Counted from the stretch's first letter, positions 10,694 through 22,800 are shown. The stretch is DNA of 64,000 nucleotides from Cyanophora paradoxa CCMP329 (GCA_004431415.1 QPMI01000157.1:124001-188000); one strand, 5' to 3'. Numbers and translations are program-made. Notes: generated by a model not told the origin, from the sequence alone.

Positions 10694-13193
10694 CTCCCAA
10701 ACTGCGACGATCCGAGGCGGGCTCACCCGTCCCGGCGGTCTGGGCCTCGTAAGCCACGTGCTCGCGCGTCGCTGGCCCAATGCTGTGCTTGGCAGGCGCA
10801 CCCGAGGCGACCGCCGATCGGGAGGTTGCGTCGGTCCGCGCGCTCACGCAACGTCCTGCCAGTCCAGAGTCAGAGGCACTGTGTTAGCATCTCAAAGAAA
10901 CGCTCTATGCACCGAAACATGCGAGAGAGCTCCGCCGGCGACCAGAACCGCATCCACGGCCGGCGTGCACCTCAACCCTCCAAATCGACCGCGGGGCTGT
11001 CTAGTAGAGATACTGCAGATGTAAGTGAGCTGAAAGCCACGCAAAGAAGCCGGCCAGCGCGGCGAAGTCGCCCGGCGCAGGGTTGCGGGCCGGGTCGATC
11101 TAGATGTAGATCGGCGCGGCGCAAGGACGACGCCACGGGGGGGAGCTGGACCCGTAGTTACAAGCTCGCGTGCTCGTAGCTGCCGCGCGCTGCGTGCTGC
11201 GAGCACCCGCGAAGTTGCCGCAGCGGGCGGCGCTGCGAGCGAGGACCGCAAGAGCCGCTGGCATTCGCATCAGGTGGCCTCGACAAGCTGTACTACGGCG
11301 CGGCTGCCGCGGCGGCCCTGCCGCTGTGGGCCTCGCAAGCCTTTTTTCCCCATCAGTCGTGTACCCCAAACTTGCTGCCTTCAAATGCCTTGCTGCCAGC
11401 AGCTGCAGCCTCGACGGAAGGCTGCCGCGCGGACGCGCTTCACTCTCACAGCGGGTCGGTTCGTTGGCTCCTCCGGGGTCTCGCAGCGCTGCCCGCGTCT
11501 CTGATGCCGCTTTTCAAACCAGGTCGAACGGACTTGCTGCCGCCGCAGCGAACATCGTCAGCTTCAAGCGCGAACGATGCTCGAAGGTACTTTCTTGCAT
11601 CCTCTGCCCCTCTCGCCGCCTGTCGCCCGCCTGATTTCAAACGCAGAGCCTTGCTTCAGGGCGGCTGGCTCCCAGTTGCGGCCGCGAACGCTCGCGAACG
11701 CATCGCTGTCGACCTCCTTGTTGCCTTTGTTGTCCATTCCTCCCGCGGCTGTCGCCAATGGGCGTTCTGCCGCTGACAGGCACGCGCGGCACGTAGGCGG
11801 TGGCTGCGGAGGCGAAGCAAGGTGCTTTTCGTTTCCTCTCCTTTGATTCAATCCCTCACTCCGCTGGCGGGCCAGGGAGCGGGCGTGACTGATCCCCGCG
11901 AGCAGAAGACCACCGCCCAGTTCGCTTGGCGACTTCTTCCGCAGGCCAGGTGCTCGCTCTTGTCTCCGCTGCTTGCCCATTGATCTTGTTGTAACACCGG
12001 CGACGTGCGCAGCGCAGCGCATGCCGCTCTCCGCCGGACGTGTGGCTGCTGGCGCTCTCGAAGTTCATGCTTGCGGCCGCTCGGGCGCAGGTGCGGTCGT
12101 TTGCCGGCGCGCACGCTTCTTTTCTTTCGATTGACTCTCCGAGCGCAGCGAGCGCGTCGCCCTCGCCCTCGCGGTCGCGGTCGCGGGGATCCTGGCCGCG
12201 GGGCGAGCTCGAGCCGGTCTGCTGCTCCCTCTCCTGGCCGAGGTGCACAGCGGCCCATTCGATCCCGCCTCGATTCGAGCGCTCGCTAACCGCGATGCGC
12301 ACAGCGCAGCGGGCTCGGCGAGGTGCCGCACGACCTACAGCGCGCGCGGGCCGCATCGCTTCACGCCCTCCCCTCCCACGTGAATCCCTAGTCGCGTCCC
12401 CCCCGGTCCCTTTCCTTGCTGGCCCGCACGCATACTTTTGCGTAGCCGCCGCTAGGCTATGCAGAGGAGCGGCAGGCAGCGAAACTCAGTTTCAGTTTCC
12501 GTTTCAGTTTGTACAGCCTAGTTGAGTTCGCCATCGACCAGTCAGATGAATTCGCAGTCAGAATCGGCAGGCAGAGAATTTCAGTTTCAATTTCAGTGTG
12601 TGCAGCCTAGACGAGCCCACCAGCGGCCAGTAAGATGTATTCACAGTCAGAATCGTAGATAGATAGATAAATAGATCATCCCCCAAAGAATCAGATACCA
12701 CGCTTAAATATATTTCTAGCCAGAACGCGTACGCCAGAGCCAGCCTGGCAAATCTTTGGTGGCGATCTGGCTCTAGATCTCTAGTTCTGCTAGCTGGGCG
12801 AGAACTGGGCTAGCCATGGCTCTCTAGTAGCCGGGCTGAGAAGTGGGCGCGGCGCTGGCGGGGAATGACGCCCTCCGCCGGCGTACGCATCTATATACGT
12901 ATATATACGTATACTGGTACGCTAGTCCGGTGCGCGGCTCCGATCGTCACTTTTGGCTCCCGGCGGTGCGTTCTGGTGCAGCTTGGACACGGTGCCGTGA
13001 ACCGCCGCGTACCGACGGTACACCCGCTGTACCGTCGGTGCGTTTGGTACGCAGCGGACTCGTTCGGTACACGTCGGTACGCTGCCGTACCGTCGGTGCA
13101 CGGTACAGTGGGCGGTACGAACCTGGTACGAAAACGTACCAATTTTGTACCTATTTTGTACCGAACGTACCTGGAGCCAAAAGTGACGATCTA
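10694..13193 (-). repeat. Right ~2.5-kb terminal inverted repeat of foldback element
   Basis: Reverse complement of 3894-6399. Confidence 0.92.
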
Positions 13194-13890
13194 GCTGGAG
13201 CACGTCCTCACCTGCCCCAGCGCGGTGGCGACGGAGGCGCGCACCGCTGCGGAAGCACGCATCGCAGCGACGGTCAGCGAGGCCCTCGAAGGCGCGCAGA
13301 AGCGATCAGTGCCACACGCGCTCTCCAGATCCCTGAAGGTCACGAGAGTAAACGACCCGACGCTCACGGCGGCTGAACGGCAGGCGCAGATGTGCGTGCT
13401 GCGGGGGCTGCCCCCGGCGGACCTCACCGACATGGTCCGCGAGACGGTCCCGGACGACAAGAAAGCTGCCCAGGTCGTGCGCAAACTGGCGACGGCCATA
13501 GGCGAGCAGGCCCATAAAACGTGGGCCGCCAGATGCCAGGCGTACGCGGAGTGGGAGAAGGCGTGCGGGATCACGAAGGTCATGAAAGAACGTCGCGCCA
13601 CGGCGAAGCGCACTGGGGCGCGCGACCGCGAGGCTGATGCGCCGCCGGACGATACGGCTGGCAACGCTCGCAGAAAGCACGCGGATCCGGAGCCCCGGCA
13701 GCGGGAACGCTGCAGGGAGTGCGGAGCCCTCGAGTCCCGCCACCAGGGCGGGGAAACCCTAGCCCTCTCACACCTGAGCTGCCCGCCAGACGACTACGGC
13801 TGGGTCCGGGCTTCGGCGGCCATGCAAGTGTACGACCATACGAACAGGTATGCTTGGGGCGTGGGCACAAAGAGGGCGCGCCCGCGCTAG
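13194..13890 (+). pseudogene. Non-LTR retrotransposon polyprotein, C-terminal part
   Basis: Continues LEHVLTCP in frame with the part ending at 3893. Contains a further Cys/His cluster (CREC...H...C). Confidence 0.82.
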
Positions 13891-14415
13891 AGGGAGACAC
13901 GGGGGGTTTGCTGTCTGGGGGCGGGGCCGGAGGACGCATCACCATCAACTGGAGGCGGCGGAGGCGACGGCAGGAGGCGGCCAGTAGCCCAATCTACTGG
14001 GGCTGGCGAGGAGCCTGACACACGGCGCGGCGGGGCCCTTGGGCAGCGCTAGCGCTGGCGGCGGACGTACCATGATCGGGAGTCGTTTGTAGAGATAGGA
14101 CCTCGTAGCCAGTAGTTTAGGTTAGTTTAGAAATCGATACAGCTAGCTTCCACATCATTCGTATTAGGTAGAAACCTCTTTAGCTAGATATCCAGACACG
14201 AAACCTTCAAACCTTTCGTTCATTTTGTACTTTCTAAAGCACAGCATACGACGGTCCTCGATAGTATCTAGTCGGAGAGATTTATTGGGCGATGTGAAAC
14301 TCATTGTAGTTGTGTTGTGTGCTAATGCAAGAGATCTTCTCCTCCAGTTACCACACCATCGCAATCTGCGGTTTGCATTAACACTGACAGTTGTATATTA
14401 ACGTTGCTTGCCATT

Positions 14416-14685
14416 ACACATAGGGATATGCCAGATCCAAGCCCTCGGGCTTCGCCCTCTGGCTTGGATCTGGCATATCCCTATGTGTGCGCGTTTTAGG
14501 CACTAGGGTAGTAAGCATCTATTTTAGGTCTTAGGGTAATAAATATGTCTTTTTGGCACCAGCAAGGGGTGTTGAGGGTGTTGAGGGTGTTGAGGGTTGT
14601 TTGTAAACTTTCTTATGAAAATTCTCTCTCGCGGGAATTTTTACATATAACCCTCAACACCCTCAACACTCTCAACACCCTCTCT
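14416..14685. repeat. Left terminal inverted repeat of PLV, with terminal 28-bp hairpin (14416-14488) and subterminal inverted repeat (14566-14682)
   Basis: Imperfect reverse complement of 41648-41939. Stem ACACATAGGGATATGCCAGATCCAAGCC pairs perfectly with GGCTTGGATCTGGCATATCCCTATGTGT. Confidence 0.92.
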
Positions 14686-15095
14686 TAAACCTCAAACCTC
14701 CTCTTCTCATGGTGTAATCTCTTTTTGATCACTGCCCCAAATCCAATAGCATATTTGTTTATCTCCTCCTCCAGCTCAAAAGCAATTAAACTTGTATTCC
14801 TTTCTGCCTGTTTTCCACAGCTGAATATATCTATTGCCAACATGCCTTGATCACTGTAGCAATGAGCAGAGCAATGGCTTTCATCTAATAATAATACTTG
14901 GGCAAATCCAGGGGGTGATTTGGTGCCATCAAAAATCTCAGCATGTTTGTGGACAACCTGTATTCCATATTTCTTGATGATGTCTTCACTGACATTCATG
15001 AGCCATTTAGAGAGCCCCACATGGTCGCTAATTGGTTGGCTGAATTGGAAATCAAGCATCACATGGTAACCTTTGGCAAGCATTTTGATTACCAA
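14685..15095 (-). CDS. speD: S-adenosylmethionine decarboxylase proenzyme, short prokaryotic-type (SpeD-like)
   Basis: N-terminal GYHVMLDF, autocleavage/pyruvoyl motif LLLDESHCSAH, and IDIFSCG; ~130 aa. Confidence 0.85.
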   Translation of the reverse strand: MVIKMLAKGYHVMLDFQFSQPISDHVGLSKWLMNVSEDIIKKYGIQVVHKHAEIFDGTKSPPGFAQVLLLDESHCSAHCYSDQGMLAIDIFSCGKQAERNTSLIAFELEEEINKYAIGFGAVIKKRLHHEKRRFEV

Positions 15096-15128
15096 TAGAA
15101 TAGAAAAAACAATAAGACATCTGACGAT

Positions 15129-15973
15129 TTAAGGCAAAGGATCACTTCCACCAATGGGATTGTATAAATTGGTGGTTAGATACTGTCCATATCGATTTCC
15201 TCTTGCGATTTCATCATTTCTTTCAGCATACATAATTACTGTGTAAGTCCCTTGTTGTGTGGCTCTTATAATATATTGGTCATCTTGTGTGTCAAGCAGG
15301 GGCAATGAATGAAAAGCAAGACCGAAATTATCTACTGGGACTACTTGGACTGTAATACGGGGTCTTGCTCCATCAGTTCGTCTACATAATGAGTAAATAT
15401 CAGCAGGCAATGTCTCAATATACCTATAATGATTTCCCAAAGGCTCTAATACATCCAGAACGGCTGTTTGAAGGTTTATAATAATCGTATTGATTTTTAT
15501 AATGTAGGGCTCATTCATACCTGGGACATATGTCCTGATTCTTGTATTTACATCATCAGGATTGGGTTGATCATTTACTAACAGGGGCGCTCCAATAATT
15601 CCACCAACCCTTAAACCATCTCCAATATAGGCGCCTCCTGATCTACATTTAATTGCTCCCTTCTTGCCTCATAGGCAAAGTTTGTTACCTTGTTGTCATC
15701 ATTGTAACTATCAGGATCTCCATGAAACGCATTGAAATTCGCATTTGTTACAAGAAGTTTTGTAGTTTTAACGACCCCATTATTTTTGTCACATCTCAAT
15801 TCTCTTAGTCTTAGCATGTGAGTGTCGCCAAAAGTATTAAGAGTTGGTGCTATCTCTGTGGATTCAAGGCCATCAACATTATCAATAATAGCATGTTGTA
15901 AAACGTGATTGGCTGGAGCAGCTAATGATAGTTGGGCTGTTAAAATGCGTTCAGGTGGAGCAGGAGCTGCCAT
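15129..15973 (-). CDS. Hypothetical virion-associated protein, paralog B (ORFs 15611-15973 and 15129-15518 joined across a frameshift)
   Basis: Shares MLRLRELRCDKNNGVVKTTKLLVTNANFNA with ORF 15993-16838. The alternate frame across the gap reads CRSGGAYIGDGLRVGG, matching the paralog's VRSGGAIIGGGCRVSG. Confidence 0.65.
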
Positions 15974-15992
15974 TTAATGTATCAAAACATAT

Positions 15993-16838
15993 TTATGGTG
16001 TGGGATCATTCGGGAATGGATCGTCGTAGAAGTTGTTTAAGTTATTATCTGGATTTAGACCACGCGAAGATGCCCATGCTGCTTGGTCTGTTCTCAATCC
16101 AATTATAAGAACATCGTAGTTTCCAGTTTCTGTTGCGTAAAAATCAAAAGATTCCGGTTGAGCAAGATTTTGGAATAGAACCCAACCCCTCCCACGACCC
16201 ATACTCTGAACATAGAAAGTATAGGCTGGACCTAACAGACCATTTTGTGATCTACACATTGCGTGAAGGGATCTGGGGATTGGAATATTTGGATAATACC
16301 AATCACCAGCTATTCCATTTGGCTGAGTTGCTGTGACATTTGTTAGCTCAACACGAACCTGCGCCATTGCCCAAGCTTCAGCACCACATGGATTATACAT
16401 TCGAATTCGTTGTGGATTATCCTCATTTTCTGGTAAAGTGTCAGGAATGTCATTGACTGAAACAGATGAACTAAGCATTCCTGATACTCGACAACCGCCA
16501 CCAATAATTGCTCCTCCTGATCTCACAACAGCAGCAGCGCGTTCACCATCAAAATCAAACCCTCTAAGGTCCACACTATAGGAATCCGGCTGCCCTATAA
16601 CAGCATTGAAGTTCGCATTCGTTACAAGGAGCTGAGTTGTTTTTACCACACCCGAATTTTTATCCGCGCGTAGTTCTTTTACACGAATCATGCTGTTTTT
16701 ATCAAAAGCATTACCAGAATTGGCTCGTTCTGTGGATTCAAGTCCACGAATTTCATCAGACACTTCGTGTTGTCTAAAATGAATTGCTGGACTCCCCAAT
16801 GCGTAAACTGGTAATTGGACTCGATTATATTCGCCCAT
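15993..16838 (-). CDS. Hypothetical virion-associated protein, paralog A
   Basis: 281-aa ORF; tandem paralog of the downstream gene; adjacent to the fibre gene. Confidence 0.7.
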   Translation of the reverse strand: MGEYNRVQLPVYALGSPAIHFRQHEVSDEIRGLESTERANSGNAFDKNSMIRVKELRADKNSGVVKTTQLLVTNANFNAVIGQPDSYSVDLRGFDFDGERAAAVVRSGGAIIGGGCRVSGMLSSSVSVNDIPDTLPENEDNPQRIRMYNPCGAEAWAMAQVRVELTNVTATQPNGIAGDWYYPNIPIPRSLHAMCRSQNGLLGPAYTFYVQSMGRGRGWVLFQNLAQPESFDFYATETGNYDVLIIGLRTDQAAWASSRGLNPDNNLNNFYDDPFPNDPTP

Positions 16839-16878
16839 TGCTTCTTTTACTAAGAAGGATAGAAAAATAAACGAATAT

Positions 16879-19800
16879 CTATGCTACCATCTTCCCTGTT
16901 GCAATATAAGTCATTTGATAGTGGAAAAGTCCAATGCTTTCATTGTATTCTCTATTTGCCGAAATTGTTGCATAAATAGTAAATGTTGTTGTTGTGGAAC
17001 TTGTGACACCATATACCAATACATATGAACCACCATTATACCCATCTCTTAAATTGAGAACGACTGCTGGGGCTTCTGCAAACGCTTTTGGGAATGTGAC
17101 AACTTGTGGAAATCCCAATGACCCGGACCTGTGATTGCTAAGGATTTTGAAAAACTCCCTGTCTGTATATACTGGTCTTTATTGACCCGTTGTTCTGAGA
17201 CAAGTTTCGCAATCTTACCATTGTCTTTTTCATCCATCGCATAGTATGCTCTTGCGTAAGCATTGCCACGACATAATAGTGTTTTATCGTATATGTTCGC
17301 GGAATTGTGGAAGAACCACTGTTCGTAGAATAAAGGAGAGTCTGGTTGGTAAATTTGACCGGATCCTACATACATGGTATTATTTGCTGTGATCGTATTT
17401 GCTACAAATGGGTCTAAGGTTGGGAAATCTGTGATTTCCGATTTCGTGTGAGTATGGGCGAAATCTGTTATATTTGCCTTTGTGTGAGTATGTGCAAAAT
17501 CGGTGATATCTGATTTAGTGTGAGAGTGAGGTCCGACAGTTGTGGAAGCTGTTGGTTTCCCGTAAATGTTATCCCAATGCAAGAAGCCACTGTGTGATGA
17601 TACAGCAGGATTTTTACTCCAACCAACAAGACCCACAAGGTAAATCCTTCCAATTCGCCCTTGAACACCAACTTTACTCAGCCCTTCACAATTTACCCGA
17701 CATATTGCCTATACTCTACACTTGGGTCACTACCAGGAGAATAAGCATTTACTCTCGAAAGTGTATAAGAATTTGTTGATGGATAAACTCCCACAACATC
17801 AAAGTATCTACTATTGTATTGACACACATAGAAGATATAGCATGTCTTCATTCCCGCGGGGACAGTCCATAACATCTTGTAGCCACTACAATCTTCATCA
17901 CCAGAAGCCCATGTGTTTGCTCCTGAGTAAGGAGATATGAATGTAAAAAATCTCCAATCACCTGTGCGGTCTGTGGAAATACCACTTGTAGCATCGAAAT
18001 TTGTGGGTGCTGTATATGTTGGTTTATTAATTAAATCATCATAATTTCCGCTTGTCGCAACTGCTGCTAAGGTGGGTCTATCCGTAATATGGCTCCATAA
18101 ATGTGGATGTGGTGAAGGTGTGAATGTTACAGGCTTATCTGTTATACTATTCCATGTGTGTGTGTGGTCAAAATCTGAAATCTCATCTTTTGTGTGAACG
18201 TGTGCAAAATCGGGTATCTCTAATCGGGAATGTGTGTGGGCAAAATCTGTTATTTGTGATTTTGTGTGAGTGTGTGTGGGTATCTCCAAATTGCTAAGTG
18301 TTAATCTGTCTTTGCCGATAATATTCAGAATTTCCCGAGTTAAGATTGGTTGAGTATTGGGGAATCCATACATTTGTTGGATGTAATACCTTACTTGTTG
18401 TTTTTCTGCTGTGGTTAATGCTCTGTTGAATACAATAATCTCAGCAATGCTTCCCGCAAATATTGTTCCAAATCCAAAATCGTTTATAGTGGAATCAGGT
18501 AAATAATTATCAATTCCTGTGAGAGTTCCCACATCGACACCATTTAGCCCAACTGTGTAGCTATCAGAAGTTATTGTTTGGTCTGAGTAATACCATTTAT
18601 TTACCAAAGAGGGAACTGTGACAGCAATTGGAGGTTGTGTTACACCATTTATAGCGAAAGTAGTTGTCCCTAATCTTGTTGAATTATTTGCTCCATAGTA
18701 GGCAAATCGCGTTGGTGATGTTGTTTTTAGCACTCTCAAATGTGTATGAGAAGCACCTGTTTGTGTTAAATGATATCTTCCAATATAGAAGAATGTCAAA
18801 CCTTGTGACCAATCAATTGTTCTTGTCATCGTTGAGTTTGCTGAGAAGTTCCTGAATCGCTTGTTAAAGTCATCTGATTATTTATAGCAATATTGGATGA
18901 GTAGTAGGGACTTCCTGTGGAACTGACAGTTATAGATGGAACGATTGAGGAGACCCTATTGTAAAGAATTGTTGATGCTGCATTTTGACCGTGAACCCTG
19001 ATGCCTTCCAAGCAAAAATACAATTGGGAATGTTAGAAGCTGGATCAAAATTGGAAGTGATTCGATAAAAATTTTCACTATAAGATTCTAAATAGCTTCC
19101 GGTTCCCATTTGAATTTTCCCTCCAACTGTTAGGTTGCTTGTCACCACCAAGTTGCTGGTAATGGTTCCACCATTGAGTGGTAGATAATTAGATAATGCT
19201 ACATTAAGTTCCTGTTCAGTCACATATTCTTCAAGAATTGCTGCAAGTTCTGTATCGTCTACATAATTTTTGCTTTCAAGGTAATCATCTGTGACAACAC
19301 CTGAAAGGGTCTCATTGTGTAAATTTTTTGCCGCCATTCTCTGATTGACTTCTAAGGCGCCACCTGCTAATGTTTTGATCCACGCCATCTCACATTTCCC
19401 GAAATCATCTTTTGGTTGTCCCACAAGTGGTGCGTAATTGAATTTCGAGCGACTAAATATTATTTTCGGTCTTGATCCATCGGTTGCGCTTACATCTGTA
19501 ACGTTTACTTGTAAGATGGCGTCTTTATCATCATAACTCACTGGATCTAATGGAAGTGGAGGTAAACCTGCTGTTAATGGGATATCTTCATTATAATAAC
19601 TTGTCAAAAACAGACCTGGTTTAGTATCTATAACTCCCACCCCACCTGCTGAAACCATTTGAGATCTTGAAGGTTGTTTAATGTATAATTCGCCATCCAT
19701 TGTGGTGCCTGCATCTATTCCTTTTCGGTGCAAATAGTATTCACTTAATTGTAATCTTTCAGGAATGGTGTCACTCTGATAGAAACTAACCCCATAAAAT

Positions 19801-22800
19801 CCGTCACCATTTACTAAATCACCTGTTGATGCAAAACGTGGTTTTTCATCTATTTCACTCCATGGGTGTTTGTGGTTAGAGTTTGTGATTTCGGAATAAT
19901 CATGAGTGTGTGAATCTGGTGGAAAGGTTAACGGAGGATTTGTGATATGCTCCATAAATGAGTATGGGCAAAATCTGTAATTTGCGCTTTGGTGTGTGTG
20001 TGGTTTTGTATCCAACCTTGAACCACATTCGATGTTGGATGATGAGGAAGATTAGCATTACTTGTTACAGTGAGATAATCGATCACTGTATCGGGTGATG
20101 TGATCTTTAAACCTCTGTAAATGGTCAGAGGTTGAGTATTGGGGAATCCATACATTTGTTGGATGTAATACCTTACTTGTTGTTTTTCTGCTGTGGTTAA
20201 TGCTCTGTTGAATACAATAATCTCAGCAATGCTTCCCGCAAATATTGTTCCAAATCCAAAATCGTTTATAGTGGAATCAGGTAAATAATTATTAATTCCT
20301 GTGAGAGTTCCCGCATCGACACCATTTAGCCCAACTGTGTAGCTTGTAGAAGTTATTGTTTGGTCTGAGTAATACCATTTATTTACCAAAGAGGGAACTG
20401 TGACAGCAATTGGAGGTTGTGTTACACCATTTATAGCGAAAGTAGTTGTCCCTAATCTTGTTGAATTATTTGCTCCATAGTAGGCAAATCGCGTTGGTGA
20501 TGTTGTTTTTAGCACTCTCAAATGTGTATGAGAAGCACCTGTTTGTGTTAAATGATATCTTCCAATATAGAAGAATGTCAAACCTTGTGACCAATCAATT
20601 GTTCTTGTCATCGTTGAGTTTGCTGAGAAGTTCCCTGAATCGCTTGTTAAAGTCATCTGATTATTTATAGCAATATTGGATGAGTAGTAGGGACTTCCTG
20701 TGGGACTGACAGTTATAGATGGAACGATTGAGGAGACCCTATTGTAAAGAATTGTTGATGCTGCATTTTGACCGTGAATCCCTGATGCCTTCCAAGCAAA
20801 AATACAATTGGGAATGTTAGAAGCGGGATCATTACTGGCTGTAATAGAATACCATTCTCTGTAAAGTTGGTTCATGGTATTAAAGTTGCCTGAGCCAATC
20901 GTTAGAATTCCATTCACTTTTAGGTTGCTGGTCTCTATGTTGCTACTGTAAATATTACTATTTACTGTAAGGTTTCCTGTGATTGTCCACCAACAAGCGG
21001 GAGATATTTTGATAATTCCGCGGCAAGTTCAGGTTTTGTTACATAATTTCCAAGCATCGCAAGAGTTACGAAATTAACGAGAATTACAGCCGTTAGGTAA
21101 TCTTCTGTTACCACTCTCGAAATATCTTCATTGTGTATATTTTTGGCGCTTGCTCTTTGATTGATTTCTAATAAACCTTCACCAACTCCGCCATTATAAT
21201 TTGTTTTTATCCATGCTACCTCACATCTTCTATAATCATCTCGATTTCCTATAAAAGTATTTGGTAAAAGACGCTGCCGACTAAATACTAATTTCGGTCT
21301 CGATTGGTCAAAATCGCTTACATCTGTTACATTAATTTGGATTGCGGCATCTTTGTTATCGCAACTATTTGGATCTAATGGAATTGATGGTATCGGAGGT
21401 AATACATCTGTCATCGGGATATCCTCAGGGTAGAAGCTTGTTAAACAAATTCCGGGTTTCGTCTCATATAAACCAAAATTACCATTGATTGGTAAAATCC
21501 CCTCTCTTCTGGGTGGTCTAATGTATAATTCGGCTTCCATTCCTGTGCCTGCTTCTATTCCCATGCGATTAAGGTAGTGGTCATTTAATTGTAATCTTTC
21601 TTCGATTTCTATGTTTCGGTAGAGACTTACGCCATGTTGGAAATCTGTTAATATATTTCCTGCCGATGCGAAAGTAGGTTGCTCATCGATTTCGTCCCAA
21701 TTATGCCTATGATCTGCTGGTGGAAATTCAGTAGGTATGTTATCTAAATCTTCCCAATCGTGCCTATGCTCTGTCGGTGGGAATCTATCAGGTTTATTCT
21801 CGATTTCGTCCCAATCATGGCCATGGGGATCAGGTGGATATGTTTGTGGTTTATTTCGAATGTCCTCCCAATCCACTATGAAATCGAATAGATCAGGTGC
21901 GAAACCATCAGGTAAAAGCTGCTCATCAAAAGGCTCGTAGCGATCATAAGTTACAAGATTTGGGTCGAAACCATCTGGTAAGACATTATCCTCTTCAAAT
22001 CGCCTATCTTCAAGAGGTATAACATTTACATCTGGTGATAAAAGCTCCTCAGCTGGTTGTTTGTAATCTGTAAATACTGGTTTGTTTCTGACTTTTTCCC
22101 AGCTAACTATGTGCTGCCCAAAGGCTACATTTTCCTCTGCTGTGTATTCCCTCCCAGGTTGCTTCTTTGGTGTAAGGTCAGGTGGATCCCACGGAAGCGG
22201 AAAGGGGACAGGAACAGGACCGTAATGCTCAAAGATTTCCCTTATAGTTTTCTCACTGACAAGCTTCTCACCATTGGCATACACATTGCTTCCATGGATA
22301 TTTCGCCACTGCCTCGTCCTGATTCCAAGGTCTTTTGTGTTTGTGACCAAAGGTAAAAGGTGCCTATCCATTTCGACAAGATCAGGGTGTAAATGGATTG
22401 CCACTGGTTGAGTGGGGCTGCTGTTGATGGTAATTGATGGCTTTTTCTGGTGGACATCATTTGGAGTAAAAAACCCAAACGGCTCATTCCTCGCAAAGTC
22501 ATATGTAATATCCTTGGGGTATACATCATTAGTTGAACAGACTTGATTCGTGTTCTGGAAATGGCCCACTTGTAATACTTGGGGAACCTCTGTTTTTGTG
22601 GTGCTGCCCTCATTATAAATTCTTAAACCCGTGTTCTGTTTGCCCTGCTCATCTTGTACATTGAAAATCAAACGGCCACTATCACACCTTGATGGTATGT
22701 CTGGATGGGTTCCACTTGGTTTGAGTTTTCTGGGTCTCTTTCTGGTTGCCTTGATCTCTGCTACTTGGTTGGCTTTCACATTGCCCAAACTAAAAGCTAT

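Larger units (their letters stand above)
3894..13193. mobile_element. Unclassified non-autonomous foldback-like DNA transposon, 9.3 kb
   Basis: Termini TAGATCGTCACTTTTGGCTCC...GGAGCCAAAAGTGACGATCTA. TSD GCTGG at 3889-3893 and 13194-13198. ORFs are mirrored in the two arms. No transposase recognised. Confidence 0.9.
1304..14130 (+). mobile_element. Non-LTR retrotransposon (3' part: post-RT region, RNase H, CCHC finger), interrupted by PLV copy 1 and by a foldback element
   Basis: RNase H motifs WTDGS, NNKAELQA, HTDSQ, KVKAHS and NDAADRAA. Removing 3894-13198 rejoins the CCHC finger in frame (CALC...EETL|EHVLTC). Stop at 13890; approximate 3' end at the short TTAG-rich tail near 14110-14130. 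Confidence 0.85.
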
